From Candidatus Polarisedimenticolaceae bacterium (GTDB taxonomy: Bacteria; Acidobacteriota; Polarisedimenticolia; Polarisedimenticolales; Polarisedimenticolaceae), in assembly GCA_041625075.1 (NCBI GenBank), contig JBFJTV010000001.1, positions 1 through 27,040 on the forward strand: 27,040 bases of DNA. Direction: 5' to 3'. The position numbers and the translations under genes are program-made. Under the pieces are notes generated by a model that was not told the origin of the DNA, did no database searches, and worked only from the letters and a program-made list of their open reading frames with translations. Shown piece by piece: positions 14,883-23,314 of this stretch; the stretch's first letter is position 1, and every line of letters starts with the position of its first letter.

Positions 14883-17800
14883 ATGAGAGTTCAGCCAGCT
14901 GTTTTGTTGATCCTGTCGCTCTTCTTGCTCGGTGCGGCCTCGGCGAGCACCGGTTCCACCGCAGAAGCGGACAAGTTGCCCCGGCTCGACAAGACCGGTG
15001 TCGTCGTTCCCTGGGAAGATTTCAAGAAGATCCTCGAAGAGATCCGGCGCGTCGAGCCACCCGAACCGCCCCAACCGCCCCCGGTCGACTTCGCGCTGTC
15101 GGCCTGCGAGGTCACGGCCTCGATCACTGCGGACGAGAAGCAGGCGCGCGTGCGGATGGACTTTTCCCTGCAGGTGCTCAACGCCGAGCGCTGGGTCGAG
15201 GTGCCGGTCATGTCGGAGGGGGTGGCGCTGTCCTACTTGAGAATCGACGGCAAACCGGCCAACGTTTACCGGAAGGACGGCCGCCACTGGATCGCACTGC
15301 GCGGGGAGGGGCGACACGCCGTAAGTCTCGAGTATTTCGCTCCGGTCAACGAGAACCGAGGTTCCCGTGTGACCTACCTGCGCTTCCCCCAGGCTCCTGT
15401 AATTGCACTCGACCTGACGGTGCCACGACCCCAGCTGAGCTTTCACATCGATGGTGCGGTCGTGCGGTCGACCGAGCGATCGAACGGAAGCACTCGCGTG
15501 CTCGCAGCGTTCCAGCAGGCACGCGATGCATCGGTCACGTGGTTCAAGCAGGCCGAGCTCGAGGAAAAAGAGACCAAGCTGATGGGCGAGCTGCGCACGC
15601 TCCTGACCGTCGGTGAGGGAATGTTGCGCGGCACGACCCACGCCGTCTACACGATCCACGGCAAGGGTGTCGACACCTTCCGGATCGGGCTCGCCGATGA
15701 CGTGACGGTGCTCGACGTCAACGCCCAAGGCATCGATGACTGGGCCGTCGAGCCGCCCGGTGAAGACGAAGGCGGCCCCAACGAGCGCGTGCTCACGGTC
15801 CGCCTGAATCATATGGCTCAGGGAAGTTATACCTTCCGGTTCTCTTTCGAGAAGGGACTCGGCGACACGACCGTTGAAACCCGGCTTCCGGACCTGCGGA
15901 TCCTCGGCGCCATCCGCGACAAGGGTCTCATCGCCGTCGCGGCGGCCACCAACGTCGAGATCAACCCGGTCGGCAAGCTCGAAAACGCCACGCCCATCGA
16001 TCCGGGCGAGTTGCCCGCTGAGCTCATCTCGATGGCGGGTCAGCCCGTCCTCTACGGTTTCAAATACTTGAATCATCCGATCCGCATCGAGCTGAGCATC
16101 GTCAAGCACGACGACCTCGCGGTCAAGCGAACGATCGTCGAGTCGGCCCATCTGTTCACCTACCTGAGTCCCGAGGGCAAGTGCATCACCTCCGCCCGCT
16201 ACCGCATCAAGAACAATCGAAAGCAGTATCTCGAGCTGGTGCTTCCCGAAGGCGGCGAAGGTTGGGGCGCCTACGTCGACGACGCGCCGGTCAAGGCGGC
16301 CCAATCCGATGACGGCAAGATCCTCATCCCTCTACGCAAGGCGGCTCCCTCGGCGACAGACGAGCTCGAGCCGTTCGACGTCGAGCTGGTCTACTTCCAG
16401 CGCGAGCCGTCGGGGTTCTGGGGGCAACATCAGTTCCTGGGCCCGAAGCTCGACGTGGACGCGATGGAGGTGCAGTGGCACGTCTTTCTGCCACGCGACA
16501 AACGCTACTCGGGCTTCGACGGCAACCTCCATCCCGACGACGAGCTCAACCACATCGTCTATCTCGAGAAAGCCGCCTACAACCTCCGATCGAGCGAGGA
16601 TCTCGAGCGATTGCGCAAGTCCGGCCTGAAGGACAAGGAGCTGGACATGCTCGGCGGTCCACGAGAGGACGCGCCCGCCACGGCGGGCGAGCACTCCGCC
16701 GTCGCCGAGGACGAGCGACGTCAGCAGGTCGAGCGCGAGCTCGGCGAGCTGAAGCAACGTCGTTCCGCGTCGGTCCAACGCGACCCGGCGGCCGAGCCTC
16801 AGGTCATGGGCAACGTGGGTGCGGATCTCTCGAGTTTTTACCGTGGTGCAGGAAGGGCGCGCGGGGTCCTACCGGTTCGCTTCCACATTCCCGTGGATGG
16901 GCTTCGGTTGTCCTTCACCGGCCGAATCCTGACGGCCGCCGAGCCACCGACGGTATCGATCCGTTACTGGCCCGCGGTGTGGGTCCTGTCGAACGCCGCG
17001 GTGTTCATCATCTCGTTCGTTCTCGCAGGAGCCGCTCTGCTCATGATCGGCTCACGGAGATCGCTCGCCGTCAGATTGGCCTTGGCTGTGCCGGCGGTCG
17101 GGGGGCTCATGGGGCTGTTCGTCGTCTTGGTCGACGCTCGCGCTGCACTCGGCCTGGGTACCGTTTTGGCGGTGTTGATCTATGCGGCTGCCCGCTACTG
17201 GACCCGCGCCCGCGTGGCTCCGACCGCCGCGATGCTGCTGGCTTTCGCTCTTCTTGCCGCTCCCGGTTCCCGGGCGACCGAGACCCCGGTCTCAGCGCCG
17301 CCGCACATTCCCGACCTGCAGGGAACCGAGGTCACGCTGTCGTGGCAGGACTTCAAGATCCTGGTCGAGAAGACCTATGTCCCACCGCCGGTTCCTCCGG
17401 CGCCCCCGACCGACGCCTTCCTGCGCTCGGCCGAGTACCGCGGCGTTCTGGAGCGCGGTCTGCTCACGCTGAGAGGCACGCTCACGCTCGAGGTGTTGAA
17501 GAAAGGCTGGGTTCGCCTTCCGCTCGTCAGCCAGGGCACGGTCATCGACTTCGAAGGGCAGGGCGCTCTGCTCAATCGAAACGGCTCGGGTCTCGAAGTG
17601 CTGGCGAGGGGGCCACGGAGCTACACGTTGAAAATGCAAATGGCCTTTCCCGCGGGCGACCATCCGGGTGAGAACCGTCTGGCCATTCGACTGCCCGATG
17701 CTCCACGCAACCTGCTCGACCTTTCCACGGCCGTCGAGTTTCGAGACATCGAGATCGAGAACGGCGTGGCCTACGACGCCCAACAGGACCGTTTCTTCGT

Positions 17801-19379
17801 CTCGTTGACGGGAGGGGCCTTCGCGGTCAAGTACACCCTGCCCTTCCGTCAGATCGAGGAGGCCGCTGGTGAGGAGGTCAAGCTCGAGCCGCGGGTTCAG
17901 CTGAACGCCTATCAGCTGCTGAGTCTCGGCGAAGGGGTCGTCAGTGGGGTGCTGGTCCACGACTACAACGTTCGAGTCGCCGAGGTTTCGCATTTCGACA
18001 TCGACCTACCGGACGACATCGTCGTGTTCGACTGTGTGGTCGATGGCCTGGAGAGCTGGAAGATCCTGCAGCGCGACGGGCAACGGTATCTGCGTACCAA
18101 ACTGCTCGCACCCATGGACGGAGCGGTGCGCGTCGTTGTCTCGTTCGAAGGCGCCTACGATGCCGATGACGGTGAGGTGATCGTCCCGAGGTTTCCGGCA
18201 CTCGATACCGAGCGTGAATCGGGATTTGTCGCCGTAGCGGCGGAGGGAGCCGAGGTCGATCTACGCTTGTCGGGCAAGCTGCTGCCGGCCGATGTCAGCG
18301 AGTTGCCGGCCGATGTTCGTGCCTACGGCGGCAACTTGATCAGCGTCTTCAAGTACTCAGGCGTGCCCGATCGGGCGACCGTTTCGGTGACCGAGCACGA
18401 CGATGCGCCGGTGCTGACAGCGATCATCGAGACGCTCAACGCGACCGCGGCGTTGCTGGAAAACGGGACCGAGGCCACGTGGATCGACCTGACAGTCAAG
18501 AACAACCGCAAGCAGTTCCTCAGGTTTTCCGTTCCCGGGGAAGATGTCGAAGTCTGGTCGTTGCTGCTTGACGGCGAACCTGCCAAACCCAAGCGCACGG
18601 GAGACGACGTGCTCGTGCCGCTGCCGCGGGGAGACGACGAGACGGCCTCGAGGATCTCGATCGTTCTCTTGCGCAAGGGCCCGGCCGCGCGCACCTTTGG
18701 TCGTCTCGAACCGTACCTGCCCAGTTTTGATGTGCCCGTCTCCGAAGCGCTGTGGACGGTCTACCTGCCTGCAGACAAGAAGTACGTCGCGGGAGGCGGC
18801 GAATTCCGGCCGGTCGTCGTGACCGACCCGCTGATGCCTGGACGAAGCGGAGGGAGGTCGGTCCGCATGTTGTCCGATCAGTCACCGACTGCGCCGCTCG
18901 ACCAGGTGTACTCCGACGCGACCTCCGAGGTGCTCGCCGAAGGTCAGATCCGCCAGGAAGAGGCGGTGGCCCAACAGTTCAAACAAAAGGCCGCGAGCCG
19001 CAAGGGAGCACTGCCGGTGCGCATCGCCATCCCGGGAGGCGTCAACCAACTGCCCAGGGTCACGGTCAGCCGGATGCTGATCGTCGGCGACGAGCCCAAC
19101 ACCTTCTCCATCCGGGTCTACCCGCCATGGATCGCCTGGTTGCTGCGACTGTTGCAGCCGGTGCTGCTGGTCGCTGCCGGCTTGCTGCTCGGTGCGACAC
19201 TGGCCGGGGTGCTTGACCGTCGTCACCGGCTGCTCGGCGGCGTCGCCGGCTTTCTGGGCCTCGTGCCTTTCGGCGGACTGAATCCCGTAGCTGCGTTCAT
19301 GATCCTCGCGGTGTTCACCGCGATCACGTGGACTTCGGTGAAGATCCTGCGACGGTCGGAGACCCGCCTGGCGAGTTGA
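14883..19379 (+). CDS. Uncharacterised large membrane-anchored protein, 1498 aa, two tandem ~760-aa homologous modules
   Basis: ATG 14883 behind GGGGAG; signal MRVQPAVLLILSLFLLGAASA; paired motifs VPWEDFKK/LSWQDFKI, KNNRKQYL/KNNRKQFL, RGVLPVR/KGALPVR; three TM-like helices after each module. Confidence 0.9.
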   Translation: MRVQPAVLLILSLFLLGAASASTGSTAEADKLPRLDKTGVVVPWEDFKKILEEIRRVEPPEPPQPPPVDFALSACEVTASITADEKQARVRMDFSLQVLNAERWVEVPVMSEGVALSYLRIDGKPANVYRKDGRHWIALRGEGRHAVSLEYFAPVNENRGSRVTYLRFPQAPVIALDLTVPRPQLSFHIDGAVVRSTERSNGSTRVLAAFQQARDASVTWFKQAELEEKETKLMGELRTLLTVGEGMLRGTTHAVYTIHGKGVDTFRIGLADDVTVLDVNAQGIDDWAVEPPGEDEGGPNERVLTVRLNHMAQGSYTFRFSFEKGLGDTTVETRLPDLRILGAIRDKGLIAVAAATNVEINPVGKLENATPIDPGELPAELISMAGQPVLYGFKYLNHPIRIELSIVKHDDLAVKRTIVESAHLFTYLSPEGKCITSARYRIKNNRKQYLELVLPEGGEGWGAYVDDAPVKAAQSDDGKILIPLRKAAPSATDELEPFDVELVYFQREPSGFWGQHQFLGPKLDVDAMEVQWHVFLPRDKRYSGFDGNLHPDDELNHIVYLEKAAYNLRSSEDLERLRKSGLKDKELDMLGGPREDAPATAGEHSAVAEDERRQQVERELGELKQRRSASVQRDPAAEPQVMGNVGADLSSFYRGAGRARGVLPVRFHIPVDGLRLSFTGRILTAAEPPTVSIRYWPAVWVLSNAAVFIISFVLAGAALLMIGSRRSLAVRLALAVPAVGGLMGLFVVLVDARAALGLGTVLAVLIYAAARYWTRARVAPTAAMLLAFALLAAPGSRATETPVSAPPHIPDLQGTEVTLSWQDFKILVEKTYVPPPVPPAPPTDAFLRSAEYRGVLERGLLTLRGTLTLEVLKKGWVRLPLVSQGTVIDFEGQGALLNRNGSGLEVLARGPRSYTLKMQMAFPAGDHPGENRLAIRLPDAPRNLLDLSTAVEFRDIEIENGVAYDAQQDRFFVSLTGGAFAVKYTLPFRQIEEAAGEEVKLEPRVQLNAYQLLSLGEGVVSGVLVHDYNVRVAEVSHFDIDLPDDIVVFDCVVDGLESWKILQRDGQRYLRTKLLAPMDGAVRVVVSFEGAYDADDGEVIVPRFPALDTERESGFVAVAAEGAEVDLRLSGKLLPADVSELPADVRAYGGNLISVFKYSGVPDRATVSVTEHDDAPVLTAIIETLNATAALLENGTEATWIDLTVKNNRKQFLRFSVPGEDVEVWSLLLDGEPAKPKRTGDDVLVPLPRGDDETASRISIVLLRKGPAARTFGRLEPYLPSFDVPVSEALWTVYLPADKKYVAGGGEFRPVVVTDPLMPGRSGGRSVRMLSDQSPTAPLDQVYSDATSEVLAEGQIRQEEAVAQQFKQKAASRKGALPVRIAIPGGVNQLPRVTVSRMLIVGDEPNTFSIRVYPPWIAWLLRLLQPVLLVAAGLLLGATLAGVLDRRHRLLGGVAGFLGLVPFGGLNPVAAFMILAVFTAITWTSVKILRRSETRLAS

Positions 19380-19388
19380 CGACGGTTC

Positions 19389-20198
19389 TCAGCAGCCCCG
19401 GGTGTAGTACCAGACCAGCGGCCCGCGCTCGGCCGAGCGCCAGCGGATCCAGCCTTCCTCGGAGCGTACCTCGTCGTGCTCGACACAGTAGTCCGACGGC
19501 GTCTTGAGCCGGACTCGCATCCAGTCACCCTGAAACTCCAGCGGCTCGAGGTGGTAGTCGCCGTCGATCCGGGCGATCTCATCGGCGGCGTCGTCCGGCA
19601 TGGCACTTAGCGCACGAGGGGTACGATCACGAATGTACAGCGGCGATATCTCGCCGCTCAGGAAGCGGTCCTGCCAAGGCTCGAAGGCCAGCGATTCCCG
19701 GGCCAGATGGCAACGATGCACCCACGCCGTCCCGTCGCGATCTTCGGAAGGACGGCCGTAGCGGAGACGAAGCCAGCCGTCGCGTGTCGATTCGAGAACG
19801 ATGAACGAGGTGTCCTCGTACTCCGTCTCGACGGTGCCTTCGAGCCCGATCGGCACCGGCTTTCCGGCGATCGGGCCGGCCTCCACGAGCCATCCGTCGG
19901 CGAACCAGCCCCAGGGCACGGCGCCCGGCTGCTCGTGGAGTGGGACGCGCACGTGACCTTCTCCCCACCAGAACGTGCTGACCCGCCTGACGTGGCCGAT
20001 ACCGAGCGGCACGGCCGCCCGGGTCTCCGACCAGTCGTAAATCGTGACGAAGGGGGTCTGCGAATCCCACGACGGCACCTCGGGAGGCGCGTGCGCCAGC
20101 AGACCGGGGTCGCACTCGAGGCCGGGCTGCTCCCCGTGTGCCTGCGGTGCGGCGAGCGAGAGCGCGGCCAGGGCCACCAAAAAGGCAGGTTGTCTCAT
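19389..20198 (-). CDS. Hypothetical secreted protein, 269 aa, with SH3-like segments
   Basis: Preferred ATG 20198: MRQPAFLVALAALSLAAPQAHG signal; DGWLRLRYG...GTAWV and GDWMRVRL...EGWIRW resemble SH3b strands; ends YYTRGC. The ORF track start at 20261 is an alternative. Confidence 0.75.
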   Translation of the reverse strand: MRQPAFLVALAALSLAAPQAHGEQPGLECDPGLLAHAPPEVPSWDSQTPFVTIYDWSETRAAVPLGIGHVRRVSTFWWGEGHVRVPLHEQPGAVPWGWFADGWLVEAGPIAGKPVPIGLEGTVETEYEDTSFIVLESTRDGWLRLRYGRPSEDRDGTAWVHRCHLARESLAFEPWQDRFLSGEISPLYIRDRTPRALSAMPDDAADEIARIDGDYHLEPLEFQGDWMRVRLKTPSDYCVEHDEVRSEEGWIRWRSAERGPLVWYYTRGC

Positions 20199-20299
20199 GC
20201 CGTCAATCTGGGCCCGCGGAGTGCGGCGGTCAAATCCATCTCGCCCGGTGGTCTTGGCCAAGACCGAAGCCTATATTTTGGGGGGTAGGAGGAATAACG

Positions 20300-20317
20300 A
20301 TGGGTCAGCCGGGATAG
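20300..20317 (+). other. Five-codon upstream ORF (MGQPG*) with a strong Shine-Dalgarno
   Basis: AGGAGG at 20288..20293, ATG 20300, TAG 20315..20317, 4 nt before ATG 20322 and out of frame with it. Confidence 0.4.
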
Positions 20318-20321
20318 CGAG

Positions 20322-20594
20322 ATGGCCGGTTTTCTCGGAGGCAGCGCTTTCGCGATGTGTCGCGACGTGGCCGAGGGTTACTATGCGGTCACCGCGCGGA
20401 CGTTCGTCGGAATGACTCGTCCCGAGCTTCAGCAACTCGCCCAGGAGCTCGACAAGCAGCTCCGCGAGATGCGCGGCACCCCCGCCCCGCTCGAGGACGT
20501 CGCCGCGGTCCAGAGGAGGAACCGCAAGATCAGCCGCCTCAACAACGCGCTGATGATCCTGAGAACGTTTCGGCAGCAGGGACTCCGGCGCTAG
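20322..20594 (+). CDS. Small conserved hypothetical protein, 90 aa, predicted helical
   Basis: MAGFLGGSAFAMCRDVAEG...RRNRKISRLN; amphipathic helices; resembles a family I recall from Acidobacteriota (unverified). Confidence 0.75.
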   Translation: MAGFLGGSAFAMCRDVAEGYYAVTARTFVGMTRPELQQLAQELDKQLREMRGTPAPLEDVAAVQRRNRKISRLNNALMILRTFRQQGLRR

Positions 20595-20595
20595 C

Positions 20596-22374
20596 CTAAA
20601 GCGGCCAGACCCTTAGGATCACGGGTGTCCCCACCGCGAGGATCAGGATCTCCAGCGGTAACCCCATCCGCCAGTAATCGCCGAACTTGTAGCCGCCGGG
20701 TCCCAGGATCAGCGTGTTGTTCTTGTGACCGATCGGGGTGAGAAAGGCGCTCGACGCGGCGACGGCAACGCCCATCAGGAATGCGTCCGGGTTGACGCCC
20801 AGGCTCACCGCGACACTCATGGCGACCGGGGCGGCGATCACGGCGGTCGCGACGTTGTTCATCACGTCCGACAGGGTCATCGTCACGATCATCAAGAGGA
20901 CGAGAACCACGGCCGGCGATAAACCCGAAGCAGCCCTTACGATCCCCTCGGCGATCAGGGCGGTGCCCCCGGTGGCTTGAAGGGCGGCTCCGATGGGGAT
21001 CATCGACCCCAGCAGCACGATTACCGACCACTCCACGGAGTCGAACACCTCGCGCAACGGCACGACGCGGGTCAGCACCATCAGGGTTGCCGCGGCACCG
21101 AGCGCGATCGGCAGGTAGACCACCCCGGTGCTGGCCAGTCCGACCGCGGCGGCGAAGACCCCCAAGGCCAGCCAGACCTTTTGGCGCTGCACGACCCGCA
21201 ACCCGCGGTCCGCAAGCGGCAGGCATCCCAGCCAGGCGGCCGTGTCGTTCAGCCGCTCGTTGGAGCCCAACAGGAGCAGGACGTCGCCGGCCTGAATCTC
21301 CAGCTTGCGCACGCGCTCGATGAAACGCTCGCCTCTACGCGAGACGCCGAGCAGTGTCACTCCCCGGCGATAGAGTAAACGCAGCGAAAGGGCCGAGCGT
21401 CCCACGATGCGTGCGCCGTCCGGCACCACGACCTCGAGCAGCGAGACGTCCTCCGCAAGAACACCCGAGCGCGCCTTCTTCGGTCCCGCGTACTTCAACC
21501 CGAGCGCGCCGACGATGTCCTCGATGCTGTCCGGCGAGGCCTTGACCACCAGCACGTCTCCCGCGCGGATCTCGACTCCTCTGGCAAGCCCCGGCAACCG
21601 CCGCCCCCGCCGGATCAGTCCGATGATCGCGACGTCGTTGTCCTCGGCGACCTCGTCGAGCCCCTCCACCAACTTGCCGACGGCGCGGGAGCTCTCCGGC
21701 ACTTGCACCTCGGCGACGTAGTCTTCGATCTCAGAGAGCTCCTTGGGCGTGTCGTGCTTGGCTCGCGCCGCCGGAATCAAACGCCAGCCGACCAGCGCGA
21801 CGTAGGCGACGCCGACGACCGCGCAGGCCAAGCCGACCGGGGCGAAGTCGAACATGCGATAGGGCTCGCCCAGCGCGTCGCCGCGGAACTCGGCGATGAC
21901 GATGTTGGGCGGCGTGCCGATCAGCGTGATCATGCCGCCGAGAATCGACGCGAACGAAAGCGGCATCAGACTGAGCGCCGGACTTCGTTTCGCCTTTTCC
22001 GCGGCCTCGATGTCCAGCGGCATCAGAACCGCCAGCGCCGCGACGTTGTTCATCACCGCGGAAAGCGCCGCCGCAAGCCCGGACATCACTCCGATGTGGG
22101 CGCTCAGACTTCTGGACCCCTTGAGAACGTAACGCGCCAGAAGGTCGATCACCCCGGAGTTGGACAGTCCGCGGCTGACGATCAGGACCAGTGCGACCAC
22201 GACGGTGGCCGAGTGTCCGAAACCGGAGAACGCGAGCTTGGTCGGCACGACGCCGGTCAGCACCGCCACCATCAACGCCGAGAACGCGACCACGTCGTAA
22301 CGCCAGCGTCCCCAGATCAGCAGGACGAACACGACGAACAGCAGCGCGAACAGGATGATCTGGTCGGTGGTCAA
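20596..22374 (-). CDS. SLC13/CitMHS-type anion transporter with two TrkA-C domains, 592 aa
   Basis: LSAVMNNVAA, GGMITLIGTPPNI, LSDVMNN, FLTPIGHKNNTLILGPGGYKFGDYWRMG; central soluble VPESSRAVGK and VPDGARIVGR TrkA-C repeats; TTG start overlaps the upstream stop. Confidence 0.93.
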   Translation of the reverse strand: MTTDQIILFALLFVVFVLLIWGRWRYDVVAFSALMVAVLTGVVPTKLAFSGFGHSATVVVALVLIVSRGLSNSGVIDLLARYVLKGSRSLSAHIGVMSGLAAALSAVMNNVAALAVLMPLDIEAAEKAKRSPALSLMPLSFASILGGMITLIGTPPNIVIAEFRGDALGEPYRMFDFAPVGLACAVVGVAYVALVGWRLIPAARAKHDTPKELSEIEDYVAEVQVPESSRAVGKLVEGLDEVAEDNDVAIIGLIRRGRRLPGLARGVEIRAGDVLVVKASPDSIEDIVGALGLKYAGPKKARSGVLAEDVSLLEVVVPDGARIVGRSALSLRLLYRRGVTLLGVSRRGERFIERVRKLEIQAGDVLLLLGSNERLNDTAAWLGCLPLADRGLRVVQRQKVWLALGVFAAAVGLASTGVVYLPIALGAAATLMVLTRVVPLREVFDSVEWSVIVLLGSMIPIGAALQATGGTALIAEGIVRAASGLSPAVVLVLLMIVTMTLSDVMNNVATAVIAAPVAMSVAVSLGVNPDAFLMGVAVAASSAFLTPIGHKNNTLILGPGGYKFGDYWRMGLPLEILILAVGTPVILRVWPL

Positions 22375-23195
22375 GGTTGCGTTTGCTCCGAAGAGTCGGC
22401 GACGGCCTCCAGACAGGATCGGATGAGGTTGCGCTTCGAGAAGTGGAGGCCGGTCATCCAGCTCAGCCAGTCTTCGCGGCCCAAAAGCAGACGGGTCATC
22501 TCACGGCGGCTCCGGCCCTCGTCACGGAGGCGTCGCACACGCTCGCACAGGCTGACGAGGAAATCGAGCTTAGCTCGCAATGCCTCCCTGCCGGGCGTGA
22601 CAACACCACGGTGGCTGCAGAAGACCGTGGCGAAATCGTGCGCGAGAATCCGACGCAGGCTTTCGATCTGCTGCAGCACGTCCTCGTCGGTGCGCAGGTA
22701 TCGGGCTTTTTGCGAGATGAACAGATCGCCCGTGAACAGCCACCCTCGCTGGGAGACCAGGTAGCACGTCATGTCCGTGGAATGTCCGGGAGACGGCAGG
22801 GCCAGAAGCGTACGACCGGCCCCGATCTCGATCTCGCGCGGCATCGGCTCGGACTGGACGCGGGCCGGTCGGCCCCAGATGACCCGCTGGTAGGGCCGCA
22901 AGGCAAAACCGTCCCGAAGGGGCGCGATGGACGCAGGCGGGGAATAGACTTCCGGACCCAGGGTGCTCCGGATCGGCGCGAGGTTGCCACTGTGGTCCTC
23001 GTGATGATGCGTCACGACGACCCGGCGGACGTCGCGTTCCTCCAGGAACCGGCGAACCACGGACCACTGGTTGGGAGGACCGGTGTCGATGACGGTCGCA
23101 CCGATCCGGTAGACGATGCACGTCGTGTTGACGCGCGAGCCGAATCGACCCACGCGAATCCCTTCAATCTCGTCGTGTTCGATGCGTTCGATCAC
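22371..23195 (-). CDS. MBL-fold metallo-hydrolase, 274 aa
   Basis: VIDTG, THHHEDH (HxHxDH), PGHSTD, LFTGDL, CSH metal-ligand motifs. Confidence 0.92.
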   Translation of the reverse strand: MIERIEHDEIEGIRVGRFGSRVNTTCIVYRIGATVIDTGPPNQWSVVRRFLEERDVRRVVVTHHHEDHSGNLAPIRSTLGPEVYSPPASIAPLRDGFALRPYQRVIWGRPARVQSEPMPREIEIGAGRTLLALPSPGHSTDMTCYLVSQRGWLFTGDLFISQKARYLRTDEDVLQQIESLRRILAHDFATVFCSHRGVVTPGREALRAKLDFLVSLCERVRRLRDEGRSRREMTRLLLGREDWLSWMTGLHFSKRNLIRSCLEAVADSSEQTQP

Positions 23196-23314
23196 GGCTA
23201 TCGCATCGTCTTGTACATGAAGACAGACCTTACCCTTTTTGTCCTCAAGCAGGAGCGTAAAATGTTCATGTGGCGGAGCATATCAGGAGCGTCACCCGCC
23301 AAAAGGGGAATCCG

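Noticed and set aside
14844-17993. Long alternative ORFs (486 aa minus, 398 aa plus, 233 aa minus)
   Set aside because: They overlap the 1498-aa gene, whose internal repeat structure supports its frame; low-complexity translations.
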